A stretch of DNA of 63,809 nt, filler included, from Octopus bimaculoides (Eukaryota), in the NCBI RefSeq assembly GCF_001194135.2. It is 5 parts of 5 records of this genome, joined end to end, with 100 filler letters (N's around TTAATTAATTAA, not from the genome) between each part and the next. Parts side by side here need not be neighbours in the genome. Positions count along the whole stretch, not along the records: positions 12,586 to 44,267 come from NC_068986.1; positions 44,368 to 59,872 come from NC_068999.1; 3 more parts are not named here. One strand, 5' to 3'. Both the position numbers and the translations under genes were made by a program. Positions within the stretch are counted from its first letter, which is position 1. Each line of letters opens with the position of its first letter. This document shows positions 37,991-50,400 of the stretch, in pieces. The notes under the pieces were generated by a model. It worked only from the letters and a program-made list of their open reading frames with translations, made no database searches and was not told where the DNA came from.

Positions 37991-40127
37991 ATCACTATCC
38001 ATTTAGCATATCGTGAGTTCGTTAAAAAAATTACTCTGTTCCCTCATCGAAAAGTATATGAATATTTATTCTCTCAAAACTCATTAAACTTTAAGTACAC
38101 CTCGCAATTTTGCAAATTGATTTTAAAATTTGTCTCAAATATAATTCTTATAAATATAGAAAACCGTATAAAATACTGTAGTTGTATCGAAAGCAGTTAT
38201 TCAAATCGATAATTAATTCCACATAGTTATATAAAGTCAAATAACTTTTGACTGTACTTGCTTTAACAATTATTTTACTATACTTGTATAAACTTAATTC
38301 AAATCGATAGTTTGTAACTCTTTATTTTCAAACATTTTAGAGCATATAATTAAGGTAATCCTAATAGAATCATATTAAAAATCATATGAATCAATAAGAT
38401 TTGAAAGGCGACGTCACAGAACTATTTGTGGGGAAAAGAAATCGCTATATTAATAGTGGAATAGACAGTGGAGTCAAAGTTCAGGATATGTTGATGTGTC
38501 ATATTAATTAGGTGGGTGAGGGACACTTTATTAAGGAAATCTGTATGATTGAGCAGCAGCGTGCCAAATCTGGGCGCACTACTTAATTGTAGGTCTCAGT
38601 TGAGGTTTGTTGAACTTCGAAATGCTATGAGAGATCGTCAGTAAGCGTGGCTTAATATCTGAAGTGATTTCGGCTATTGAATGGAGGATATTGTTCTGCC
38701 TATAATTATTCTTTACTATTATTTATTTATAAAGATTGAAGCTCGGAAGAGACATTCTAGCCATTTAAAACGCATACAAACTGCTAGGTCAACTTAACGT
38801 TTAGTGTTAAGTGACAAACGTTTCGTCGTACGAACAGAGACCTGATCACAGGAATGATTTTACTGAGAAACAGTAAACTCATGTCAGTGATTAGGTCGCA
38901 GTTTGAGTGGCGAAAATGTTGATACCTAAGTAAAAGAAATAAATAAAATTAAATCGATTAAAGGTCTTTGAATATTTTGAATGTCTAGGACGTGTTTTGC
39001 ACGCTAAAATCATTCAAATTTCTATACACGGGCTCAAATTATATTATTTGCCTGACAAGAACACCTCTGATATGCATTTATATAAATTGTTAAACGAAAG
39101 ATATTACGGTAGCAGGCATTGCATTATACGTTCGTCGACCTATTTTGAACTGTATGGGTAAATAACACAATTACAGATGAGAGTAAATAAGCAACCTATG
39201 TTAGCTATATAATGAAATTATTGTATTTTGTTAAAGCAAACTTTTCTTAAACAGAATACATAAAATTATTATTTCTAGATATTTGTCGCTTGTATAATAC
39301 TGAGTGTTTCTTATTTAAATATTCACTTTATATAATTAGAAAATATTGTTTTCCAGCCTAAAAATATCGTTTGAAATAATTAATTTTAAGTTGAAAATTG
39401 CACAATTATTATATCATTCAAACTACCCAAAGATAATGTTTTTAAAAAATCAATAATAATTGTCTTGAAAATGTCAGGGAAATGATAGATGGAGAAAACA
39501 AATTGTTTTCAAGCATATGTGATGTGTAAATAATTTTATAAAGTCCAAAATTTATAAATATTGATTACATTAAAATATCACAAAACATTGCGTCATTATA
39601 GAGGAATTATGTACTTCCTTTCAAATGAAAGCATGTTTGTTACAAATAACACAAGCTAATGTGTCTGAGTTTATTGAATAAATATTTATCTGGTGTGTAT
39701 ATAGCTCAAAAATAAATATTTATTTCAGAAATAAATTGAAATGTAATTGAAAGGAGATATGTATAGATATATATTGATTATTAAATATTCAAATATCATA
39801 TCACAAAATTATTGCATACAGTTTATAATTTGATTGAAAAAATAAATTATACTCAAGTATCACATTAAACTACTGCATAAATATTCCTTATGGTACAAAT
39901 AAAAGAAATGATGTAAAGAAAAATACAGATGTATTTGGATCAGGTGTACTATGTAGCGATTGTATGAAAAAGGAATTAATACGTCACTGAACTCGTACTA
40001 ACATCTTGTGATTTATCTTCATATATCTATGAAGATCAATGTTAAAAATGTTACGTTTTAAACTGCAAGTATTAACTTACTATATTCGTATTTCTTAGTA
40101 AAATTGACGTACTTTGGTGTTTTGCAG

Positions 40128-40637
40128 AATGATACTCAACTTTTATTTGCTTTAGTATTATCAACTAAACTTTGTAATTAAACTATCGTTAAGTGAGAAA
40201 GAGATTTACCGCTACTCAAGAAGAAAGCTCACTGCATTGTTAGTAATCAAAATGGCGTTTTATATTTATAGTTTGCAGATTCCTCTAAAACCATCTTGCG
40301 TTTTTATACTTAAGTAAATATATATGATATGATATTGCAGATTGTTTCACTATCCTTCGTATTAATAAGCAATTAATGCTTAACGGTTTCAATTAAAGTT
40401 GATTGATTTATGTTTGCGGAATTTTACATGATTAAGTGTCAAAAGTATGGCTAATGAAAAGTATTTAATTTAATATATTTATTAGTTTGTGGTTAAATTT
40501 ATCACACGTTTTTAACAAACATTTCAGATTGAAAAATCATGATATCAACAATTTGTACAGAGAATGTAAATTAATGAAGTTAACATTAATTATCATATTA
40601 ACAACTGATTAAAGAAAGTTATTTCTGAATTTCCAAG
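40128..40637 (+). pseudogene. Two candidate CTL-like half-exons (40128-40312 and 40528-40637)
   Basis: Acceptors TTTTGCAG and ATTTCAG, donor G|GTATGA. VK*ERDLPLLKKKAHCIVSNQNG...RFY resembles a CTLD C-half; YRECKLMKLTLIIILTTD*RKLFL resembles a CTLD N-half. Confidence 0.3.
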
Positions 40638-40931
40638 GTATGAGTGTGTTGTTTACTATACAGTGTTTAATTTCGTTGGGAAAAAAAGCACTTCTTTCGA
40701 TTACAAATGTGAATGACCTCCAGCATAGATTAATAATATATACATAAGAACTTCAAACATATATGGCATATCATTCTACCGAATATGGAGGAAGGATATG
40801 ACATGGGTACAAGGTGAAAGCTTACCTCGGTGCAATTTGAACCCCAGTTTAAATATCATAGGGCACTTTAATTTGATGCTGTTTCGTTTCAGCTACTTCT
40901 CCATCCGTTGTATAATATTATAAGATGCAAA

Positions 40932-41345
40932 GGCGGTGAGCTGGCAGAAACGTTAGCACACCGGGCGAAATGCTTAGCGGTATTTCATCTGTCGTTATGT
41001 TCTGATTTCAAATTCCGCCGAGGTGGACTTTGCCTTTCATCCTTTCGGGATCGATAAATTAAGTACCAGTTACGCACTGGGGTCGATGTAATAGACTTAA
41101 TCTCTTTGTCTGTCCTTGTTTGTTCCTTCTATGTTTAGTCCCTTGTGGGCAATAACGGAATAAGATACGTTAGGACGCCGGATTTCGTCTGCTGTTATGT
41201 TCTGAGCTCAAATTCCACCGAGGTCAGCTTTGCCTTTCATCCATTCGGAGTCGATTAATTAATTACCAGTTACATACTGGGGTCGATCTAACCGACTGGT
41301 CCTCTCCCCAAAAATATCGGGCTTTGTACCTAGAGCAGAAAAGAA
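40932..41345 (+). mobile_element. SINE family 1 full copy (40932-41164) followed by a head-less second unit
   Basis: Complete GGCGGTGAGCTGGCAGAAACGTTAGCAC...GTGGGCAATAACGGAATAAG, then GATTTCGTCTGCTGTTATGTTCTGAG... Pol III A-box-like (TGGCAGAAACG) and B-box-like (TTCAAATTCC) motifs. Confidence 0.9.
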
Positions 41346-42868
41346 TATTATAAGAGGCAAATAGCTATTCTGGATTTAGTTCACAATTGCCCACGTATTT
41401 TAATAGCTTTAAATGTTCTCGTATATACAAGAAAATCTCAAAATTCATTTTACTGGTAGTTTAATCTATCTGTAAATTCTTAATTGAAAAGTGCACAGCA
41501 TATGTTGTTCATAAAACAAAGTTATAAATTATTTATTGTCGGATCTATGTTGTAGGATCCATTATACAATCACTAACCAGTGTTTTAAATGTCAAGTATT
41601 ATCAACTATTTAAATTACTCTTCTTTGTTAAAACCCTAAAGATTTCCTATTATCTAAACACAGAGAAGCTATAGCAATCGATCTTTCGTGAAATTCTCTA
41701 ATATTTAGAGTCTTTGTAAAACGTAATATTATCAAATATCGATTTAATACTGAGAAACATTTCCCAGAATAATAGTCTCAATGAGGGTTGTACTGTGATG
41801 CAAACTACTTCTTATTCATGAATACCTACAATAAAATTTATTAAGTCATTGTATGCTGTCGAACACGTCAACCGGAATATTATCTCCTGCAGAAGTAATC
41901 TCTTTCTTTCCATGTGGTCTTGTTAAAGATACCTCCATGACAGCGTTCTTATATTCTTATATTGTAGTAATACCACAAAAATTGCATTCATACCCATTGT
42001 AACTTCTCTATAGTTATTATCATTTATTTAATCACTGGATGGCACCTATTCTCTGCCTTTTGGCATATGTTTACCAATCTTGCACATAACCAGCTCTGGT
42101 CTTCAAAAATATGAAGTTGTAATCCTAAAACTAGATAGAAATGCTAGTCCGCACCATCTAAAATTGTCTTCTTTCAGATCGCAGAAGGGGAATAAAGCGA
42201 AATATGTAACTCAGAAGGATATTTCGGATTTCATCCACTACGGACTCTCAGCGCGCGAGTAAATTAGACTTATATTTGGGAAAATAGAGTTCCTGCAGAC
42301 AACAACTACCTCATGGAATAAAAGGAAAGAATATTTACACGACTGTAAAAAATTTTGCTTTCGCCAACATATAAACGTTAGCCCAAAATTGGTTTATCCC
42401 TTCCTTCTACCTATTTCATTACTATTAGAGCTGCGCTCATGTTCTCGATAGGAGCTTCTTAATATAGCATCGATCGCATTCGACATACGTCACCTTTACG
42501 GAATTTGCAGCTTCCCTCATGCTCAGCAGCAGCAACTGTTTCCGATCCCTTCTCACTTGGAGGTCAGTCTACTTACTTATCTTACCAACCACGTTTCGCA
42601 GCCGAATTTGATAAGCATTTCATGTTTGAAACGAAACGTGAACTGTTTTAAAGCTAATCAATCTCGGAATCAGAAATCCATAACTGCAATATAACTGAAT
42701 CCGTCTCAAAGTGTAGAATATATAATCCGGTGAAGCGAAACCAGGATTTAACTATTGGACGAATTACTGTGGAATTCCCCAATCTATGTAACCCAAGGAG
42801 TTCCTTACTACCCCATGCGGTCAGCCTGAATCCGGATTACAACTCAGTGCTAGTGCAGTGTCCACCTC

Positions 42869-42916
<48 letters not shown>

Positions 42917-42939
42917 GGAGTTCTCAATATGTGTTTGTG

Positions 42940-44207
42940 TGAGGTCATCCCATAAGTAATGTCCAGACGTCTATATTTTTCAATTTGTAAACGCTATAAC
43001 AGTATTTTAGAATGTCTAATGGCATCAAATAATATTCATATGTATCAGGACATATTTAAACTAATTAAATTTCATTTTTCAGGATAATCTAATTGAAATT
43101 TCACTAATTACAATTCTTCAAACGTGGAAATGTGTAAGAAGCGTTTGAAGCACGTAATGCTTTATGAATTTTAAACAGATAAGTCTGCTCTAGAAGCGAC
43201 TCGAAATATTTACTGAGCTTATGGCGATCAGTGCCTGATTGAAAGAGCTTTCGGAAGATGGTTCGTAAAATTCAGAAGTGAAGATTTCAGTCTTAAAGAG
43301 GAGGCCCGAACAGGACGGCCCCCTGAGTCTGATGACAAGCTCCGTTTGGCAGAACTTGAAAACGATCATGCAGTGTCTGTTAAAGAATTGGCAAGCAAGC
43401 TTCGTTCAAGCAACACAACTATTCACCACCATCTTCAACAGCTAGCTTGGAATGGTCTTAAAATATCGGAGAATGGGTGCTTCCTGATGAGTCTGAAGCC
43501 AAACACAAATTCCGAGTGGAGTCCAGACCTTGTCTTCGTTCTCGTGAATTCATCTCACTTGTTTTGGACAGACTGGTGACTGGCGGTGGAATCAAAATGT
43601 TAGGCGTCGCAGGCATTGGCTTGGTAAATGGGAAGAGGCTCAACCACAACGGAAAAGAAAACTCCATGCGAAGGCTCTTCTTTCCGTTTGGTGAGATTGC
43701 AAAGGAGCCATCTACGTTGAGTTGCTACCAACTAATGCGATTAATACTCAAATCTACTGTCAATAATTAGAGCATTTGAACGCTGCTTTGAATGAAAAAT
43801 GGCCAGTTTTAGTTAATCGAAAGGGAGTGTTGTTTCATCAGAACAATGCCAGACACCAAGTTTGCAAAAATCACATCACAGAAGATCGAAAAAGCTTGGC
43901 TGAGAGAAAATTGCTCATCCACCTTATTCCCCATACCTTTAGATTACGATTTGTTCCGTAGTTTCCAGAATCATTTGTATGGATTACCTCTCGAAACAAC
44001 TGAGGAAGTCCAAACTGACCTTTCAGAGTTCTTCTCTTGGAAACCGAAAGAATGTTTCACAAATGGGATTAAAAAGCTCACGAGGAGATGGAACGATGTG
44101 ATAAATAATCATGGAAACTATATTCACTATTAAGTTTCATTAAAACGTAACAGTTGATCACTTATTTTCCTTATTTAAATTCTGGACATTGCTTAAAGAA
44201 TGACCTG

Positions 44208-44208
<1 letters not shown>
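42940..44208 (+). mobile_element. Full-length degenerate mariner transposon with TIRs
   Basis: 27-bp TIRs (42940-42966 versus 44182-44208, 22/27 match; TA follows the right TIR), 1269 bp long. Remnants: EATRNIY, RWFVKFRSEDFSLKEEARTGRP, DRLVTGG (RIVTGDE), HQNNARH (HDNARPH), DYDLFRSFQNHL, GIKKLTRRWNDVINNHGNY. Multiple stops and frameshifts. Confidence 0.92.
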
Positions 44209-44267
<59 letters not shown>

Positions 44268-44367
44268 NNNNNNNNNNNNNNNNNNNNNNNNNNNNNNNNN
44301 NNNNNNNNNNNTTAATTAATTAANNNNNNNNNNNNNNNNNNNNNNNNNNNNNNNNNNNNNNNNNNNN
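44268..44367. other. Artificial scaffold join 44N-TTAATTAATTAA-44N
   Basis: Same 100-bp structure as 12486. Confidence 0.95.
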
Positions 44368-45294
44368 ATATATATATATATATATATACATGCGTACATA
44401 TATATGCATACACACACACACACACATATCTAAGTACATGCGTGTATGTGTATGTGTGCATACATGCGCACTTTCCCCACCAGCTGAACATAGATGCATA
44501 TATACAGGCACATATAAAATATACATACATATATCAAACCACACCACAAGCGTACGTACGCACATGTATTTTATACATACATGTAACACTGGGTGTTAAT
44601 TAGACAAGTCTTGTCTCCTATCAGCGGAAGTATAAGATCTTCCGCAAAAATTTTGAGCTGATTGCATTGTATTGTCTGCATTCATACTTCACGCGTTTAT
44701 ATTATCTTTATACACATGCGCAAGTTATAGTTATATATGCTCTTGTATGAATATATATTTGTCAGTATGTATGTATCTGTGTACAATCCTAGGTAAATTT
44801 CAATTTATATATATANNNNNNNNNNNNNNNNNNNNNNNNNNNNNNNNNNNNNNNNNNNNNNNNNNNNNNNNNNNNNNNNNNNNNNNNNNNNNNNNNNNNN
44901 NNNNNNNNNNNNNNNNNNNNNNNNNNNNNNNNNNNNNNNNNNNNNNNNNNNNNNNNNNNNNNNNNNNNNNNNNNNNNNNNNNNNNNNNNNNNNNNNNNNN
45001 NNNNNNNNNNNNNNNNNNNNNNNNNNNNNNNNNNNNNNNNNNNNNNNNNNNNNNNNNNNNNNNNNNNNNNNNNNNNNNNNNNNNNNNNNNNNNNNNNNNN
45101 NNNNNNNNNNNNNNNNNNNNNNNNNNNNNNNNTATATATATATACACACATATGTACAAAAATATGTGCATATATCTTATATAAAAGCGCATGTACGCAA
45201 ATACATATATTCACACATACAAGAATACATGTATATACACACGCATATAGGTATTTTATACATATATAAAGATATATATTGTTAATTATCTATC

Positions 45295-45525
45295 CAAAGG
45301 CGTCGCGCTGGCGGAATCGTTAACGCGCCGGGCGAAATTCGTAGCGACATTTCGTTATCTTTTACTTTCTGAGTTCAAATTCACCGGTCTCGACTTTGCC
45401 TTCCATTATTTTGTGTGATTAAAATAAGTACCAATTGAACATAGGGTTCGATGTAATCGAATTACCCTACTCCGAAATTTCTCTCTTTGTTCCAAAACTT
45501 TAAATCGATATTTATTATCTAATTC
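45295..45525 (+). mobile_element. SINE family 1 copy
   Basis: GCTGGCGGAATCGTTAACGCGCCGGGCGAAATT...GAGTTCAAATTC...AAGTACCAATTG. Confidence 0.85.
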
Positions 45526-45714
45526 TATCTTTTTTTTCGATCTTATATATAAATCTGTATGCGTGTGTACGTATGTAAATATATGTGTATGTGTGTATAT
45601 GTGCGAGTGTGTGTACTTATACATGTATATGTGAGTAATTTTAACGTGCACATGTGTTATAGATTAGTATACGCCATCCGTTAAGGTGCACGATATAAAA
45701 CTCATTTGGTTTTG

Positions 45715-46065
45715 TGGTAAAGAGTAGAGACTCCATTCGGTCATGACTGACTATGGGATTGCATCGAGAAAGTTCCCCTCTGAGGCACAACTCTGGGCAA
45801 GTTTGTTAATGGAAGACCAGCAGTGAGCCATACATACCAGTCCCGCCTCTCCATGCCAAGTGTGCTATCGAAGGGAAAGGCAAAGGGGCCGGTACAGCTT
45901 GGATCCAGTGACGTCACAACTCATTTCTACAGCCGATGTGAACTGGAGCAACGTGAAGTAAAGAGTCTTGCTCAAGAACACAACACAGCCTCGTCCGTGA
46001 ATCGAACTCACTACCTTGTAATTGTGAGCGGGAAAGCTCTAGCCACTGAGCCATGGCCCTTCCTT
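45715..46065 (-). mobile_element. tRNA-derived SINE family 2, with head
   Basis: Reverse complement: GGCCATGGCTCAGTGGCTAGAG (A box)...GAGTTCGATTC (B box)...TTCTTGAGCAAGACTCTTTACTTCACGTTGCTCCAG. Confidence 0.85.
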
Positions 46066-46139
46066 TTGTGATATTGTGGTATAATCTGCGTTTTAGCTGA
46101 GGGATGTTTACTTGCATTAACTTATGTAGTTCATTTCCT

Positions 46140-46395
46140 GGCGATGTGCTCTGTCTTGAGCAACACACTTTATTTCACGTTGTTCCAGTCCCCTCAGCTG
46201 GCAAAAATGAGCTGTACCTTTATTTCAAAGGACCAGCCTTGTCACTCTCTGTGTCACGCTGAATCTCCCTGAGAACTACGTTAAGGGTACACGTGTTTGT
46301 GGAGTGCTCAGCCACTTGCACGTTAATTTCAAGAACAAGCTGTTCCGTTGATCGTATCAGCTGGGACCCTCGTCGTCGTAACCGACGGAGTGCCT
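46140..46395 (+). mobile_element. SINE family 2 body
   Basis: TCTTGAGCAACACACTTTATTTCACGTTGTTCCAGTCCCCTCAGCTG...; homologous to 15110-15360. Confidence 0.8.
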
Positions 46396-46614
46396 CTAAC
46401 ATAGGTAGTTGAAGGGGTTTTACTTAAAGGCTTAACTAATTGTGTTCTTAACTAATTATATGTTTATTTTTATATATGCTCATACACACACAAATAAACC
46501 TAAACATCGATAAGAAAAAAAAACTCAAATTTTAGTGCCCTTAACTCTTTTCGTAGCAACATATTTAGATGCATACCCATGTATACATACAGTTGTATGT
46601 ATTCATGTGGTTTA

Positions 46615-46656
<42 letters not shown>

Positions 46657-46679
46657 NNNNNNNNNNCTGTACATAATAT

Positions 46680-46865
46680 TCTTTTCTACTCAAGGCACAA
46701 GGCTCGAAATTTTGGAAAAGAGCCAGTCGATTAAATCTACCCCAGTAAGCAACTGGTACTTAATTTATCGATCCCGAAAGGACTTTGCCTAAGTCGACCT
46801 CGGCGGAATTTGAACTCAGAACGTAAAAACAGACGAAATACCGCTAAGCATTTCGCCCGGCGTCT
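46680..46865 (-). mobile_element. SINE family 1 copy
   Basis: GTCGACCTCGGCGGAATTTGAACTCAGAACGTAAAAACAGACGAAATACCGCTAAGCATTTCGCCCGGCG. Confidence 0.9.
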
Positions 46866-47457
46866 CTGTATATAATATTCAATGAAAACTGTTAAACGTT
46901 GCTTCTACTCCTAACTTTACACAAACCATTACTTCTACGATCTTGACTATAAACCCCACACTTTGAATATACACCTTACAGATGTGTCTCATCAATGGTT
47001 ACTTAATTCTAACTGCTTAACTAAAAAAGAACATTTATTTCAAAAATATAATTTACAAGTGAAATGTTATTATCTCAAATATTACATAATATTCATTGGT
47101 CTTCTAATTCAACTAAAAATAGATTTCATTCTCATTAATATTCGTTTACAAATCATATAAGAAATATTCCATTTTGCTATTGGCCTACGTTTGTCAGTAT
47201 CAAAAGGAATGTAGGGAAACTTGCTGCCCCTAGCATTTATAATAGAAAGTGTTTTAGACAAATGGTAAAAAAACCAAACCGTTACTTTGCCAAAAGACAT
47301 TTTATTTGATAAATATTTCGTATTTATGAGATCGTGCAACCAGAAAACTTTTCAAAATCAGTTTTAAATTCAAGTCATTGTTTAATGCAAACGATTCTTT
47401 CAGTTACCAATTATTACATCTGTGTTATTTATCAGTAATGTTATTATTACTATTCAA

Positions 47458-47655
47458 TGCAGCGAGCTGGCAGAATCGTTAGCACTCCTGGCGGTAATAC
47501 ATAGCAACATATCGCCCGTCTTTACGCTCTGAGTTCAAATTCCACCGAGGTCGTCCTTGCTATTCATCCGTTCGGGGTCGATAAAATACGCAGCAGTGAG
47601 GCCGATGGAATCGACTTAACTTCTTGCTCGTCTTGTGCAAAAAATTGAAATTAAT
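47458..47655 (+). mobile_element. SINE family 1 copy
   Basis: GCAGCGAGCTGGCAGAATCGTTAGCAC...GAGTTCAAATTCCACCGAGGTCG. Confidence 0.85.
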
Positions 47656-48149
47656 ATTCAATGTGGTGAGATGGCAAAGTTGTCAGCAGGCCTGGCACAA
47701 TGTTTTACTCATATTTAAGATTCAAAATGGCGACATTTACCTTCACCATAGCGCTTGATATTTTTTAAAATTGAGCTGCACGACTAAGTATGTTTAAATA
47801 ATGAGTAAATGTATATGCTGCATTAGGTGGTGCTCCATCATGAATGCAGCCGCAAGACTGAAATGAGTAAAAGAANNNNNNNNNNNNNNNNNNNNNNNNN
47901 NNNNNNNNNNNNNNNNNNNNNNNNNNNNNNNNNNNNNNNTTCCTCCATGACAAAACAAAGTGAATAGCTTGTTTACGAGTTCGAACAGTCCACTGGTATA
48001 TTCGAACTGGTAATTACTTTGCCTTTATCTAAATCACTTCTTAGCGCTCTCGCCTTGGAAAAAATAGAGCGGTTTTTTGTTCCCTACTTCAGACAGGCAG
48101 GATTCAAACTCAAACTGTAGAGAGCCCGGATATATGTCATAACGAATTC

Positions 48150-48662
48150 TTACACTCTATCCAATTGAGCAGCGTGAAATGAAGGGTTTTGCTCAAGAAC
48201 AGAATACACCACCTTGTCCGGAAATTGAGCACACGTTCAAGCAATGAGTGCATTATCCTAACCATTATGCCCTCACGATTAAGATTATATATTCTAAAAT
48301 ATGATATTTCTCTTTACTCAATCTTAACAAATTCAAGCTTATCGTAATCTACTTAATGCCGATACACATCAGTATCACCAGAAGTAATATATACCAACAT
48401 GTTTTTGTATATATTCTATCTAATCTTATGTCTTTGAAGTTGCTCATTTAATTCAATATATGTCGATGACTTTGTGCGCACATGTATTTAAGTGTATATA
48501 TGTGTACATAATTGTATATCTTATTTTATGCGTGTGTACATATGTATATGTATATATGTATACATATAAGTGTGTGAGTGTACATTTTCTTTTATGCACA
48601 GGTGTACATATGTGTATATATATATATGTGTGTGTGTGTATGTAAGTATATATATGTGTATG

Positions 48663-48695
<33 letters not shown>

Positions 48696-49350
48696 ATGTA
48701 CATATCGTAATTTAAATACCCGGGCATATATGGATACGTATGTATATGTGTGTATATATATTTGTGTGTGAGTGTGTGCATGTGTTTGGCAGTTCTTCGA
48801 AACACTTCATATAGACACAACATTTGAAGAAAGAGTTTCTAAAATATTTTTAACTGTTTAAAATAAATATCGTAGAAAAACAAATAGACACGAAACATTT
48901 GGAAGTTTACGTATTACGCGTGGTAGTCTCCCGTAGTCCGGCTAATATGTTTCTGCTATTTGTCGCTGAAAACGCTGCATAAATGATTTGTCTATAAGGA
49001 TCAAATGTTTGTTTTGTACGTTCGCTTTCTCCCTCCATCAAATCGACGTTAACTGAACAGGTGTACTGCGAGGTGGACTGCAGCTTGGGCGTCGAAGTGA
49101 TCGTATAGCAAAGTGAGATGAAATATTTGCTTAAGAACGTAATGTACCACCGAGTCCGTGAGTTGAAACCACAATTTTGGGATCATGAATGCAACACTCA
49201 AACCACTATGCAAGGAACCCTCACATTTACGTATATGTGCGCGTGCGCATGTGTGCGTTTGTGTGTACGAAGATCGACTGAAATGTTTATAGGCTGACTA
49301 TGCTAGACCAGGAAGGCGCGTGGCTTAGTGGTTAGGGTGTCAGCATCATT
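48150..49350. mobile_element. Decayed family-2 SINE pieces (48150-48275 minus, 49050-49215 minus, head at 49311-49350 plus)
   Basis: GAGCAGCGTGAAATGAAGGGTTTTGCTCAAGAAC; GAGATGAAATATTTGCTTAAGAAC; GGCGCGTGGCTTAGTGGTTAGGGTG (A box). Confidence 0.6.
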
Positions 49351-50231
49351 AACTTAAGNNNNNNNNNNNNNNNNNNNNNNNNNNNNNNNNNNNNNNNNNN
49401 NNNNNNNNNNNNNNNNNNNNNNNNNNNNNNNNNNNNNNNNNNNNNNNNNNNNNNNNNNNNNNNNNNNNNNNNNNNNNNNNNNNNNNNNNNNNNNNNNNNN
49501 NNNNNNNNNNNNNNNNNNNNNNNNNNNNNNNNNNNNNNNNNNNNNNNNNNNNNNNNNNNNNNNNNNNNNNNNNNNNNNNNNNNNNNNNNNNNNNNNNNNN
49601 NNNNNNNNNNNNNNNNNNNNNNNNNNNNNNNNNNNNNNNNNNNNNNNNNNNNNNNNNNNNNNNNNNNNNNNNNNNNNNNNNNNNNNNNNNNNNNNNNNNN
49701 NNNNNNNNNNNNNNNNNNNNNNNNNNNNNNNNNNNNNNNNNNNNNNNNNNNNNNNNNNNNNNNNNNNNNNNNNNNNNNNNNNNNNNNNNNNNNNNNNNNN
49801 NNNNNNNNNNNNNNNNNNNNNNNNNNNNNNNNNNNNNNNNNNNNNNNNNNNNNNNNNNNNNNNNNNNNNNNNNNNNNNNNNNNNNNNNNNNNNNNNNNNN
49901 NNNNNNNNNNNNNNNNNNNNNNNNNNNNNNNNNNNNNNNNNNNNNNNNNNNNNNNNNNNNNNNNNNNNNNNNNNNNNNNNNNNNNNNNNNNNNNNNNNNN
50001 NNNNNNNNNNNNNNNNNNNNNNNNNNNNNNNNNNNNNNNNNNNNNNNNNNNNNNNNNNNNNNNNNNNNNNNNNNNNNNNNNNNNNNNNNNNNNNNNNNNN
50101 NNNNNNNNNNNNNNNNNNNNNNNNNNNNNNNNNNNNNNNNNNNNNNNNNNNNNNNNNNNNNNNNNNNNNNNNNNNNNNNNNNNNNNNNNNNNNNNNNNNN
50201 NNNNNNNNNNNNNNATATATATATATATATA

Positions 50232-50400
50232 TACGATGGGCCTCTTTCAGTTTCCGTCTACCAAATCCACTCACAAGGCTTTGGTCGGCCCGAGGCTATA
50301 GTAGAAGACACTTGCCCAAGGTGCCACGCAGTGAGATTGAACCCGGAACCATGTGGTTCGTAAGCAAGCTACTTATCACACATCCACTCCTACGTCTATA
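50232..50400 (-). mobile_element. tRNA-derived SINE family 3
   Basis: Reverse complement: GTAGGAGTGGATGTGTGATAAGTAGCTTGCTTACGAACCACATGGTTCCGGGTTCAATCTCACTGCGTGGCACCTTGGGCAAGTGTCTTCTACTATAGCC...GGAAACTGAAAGAGGCCCATCG. Confidence 0.85.

Noticed and set aside
45960-46065. tRNA genes (also 49311-49350, 3990-4090, 50330-50400)
   Set aside because: A/B-box heads run directly into SINE bodies, and no complete cloverleaf can be folded.
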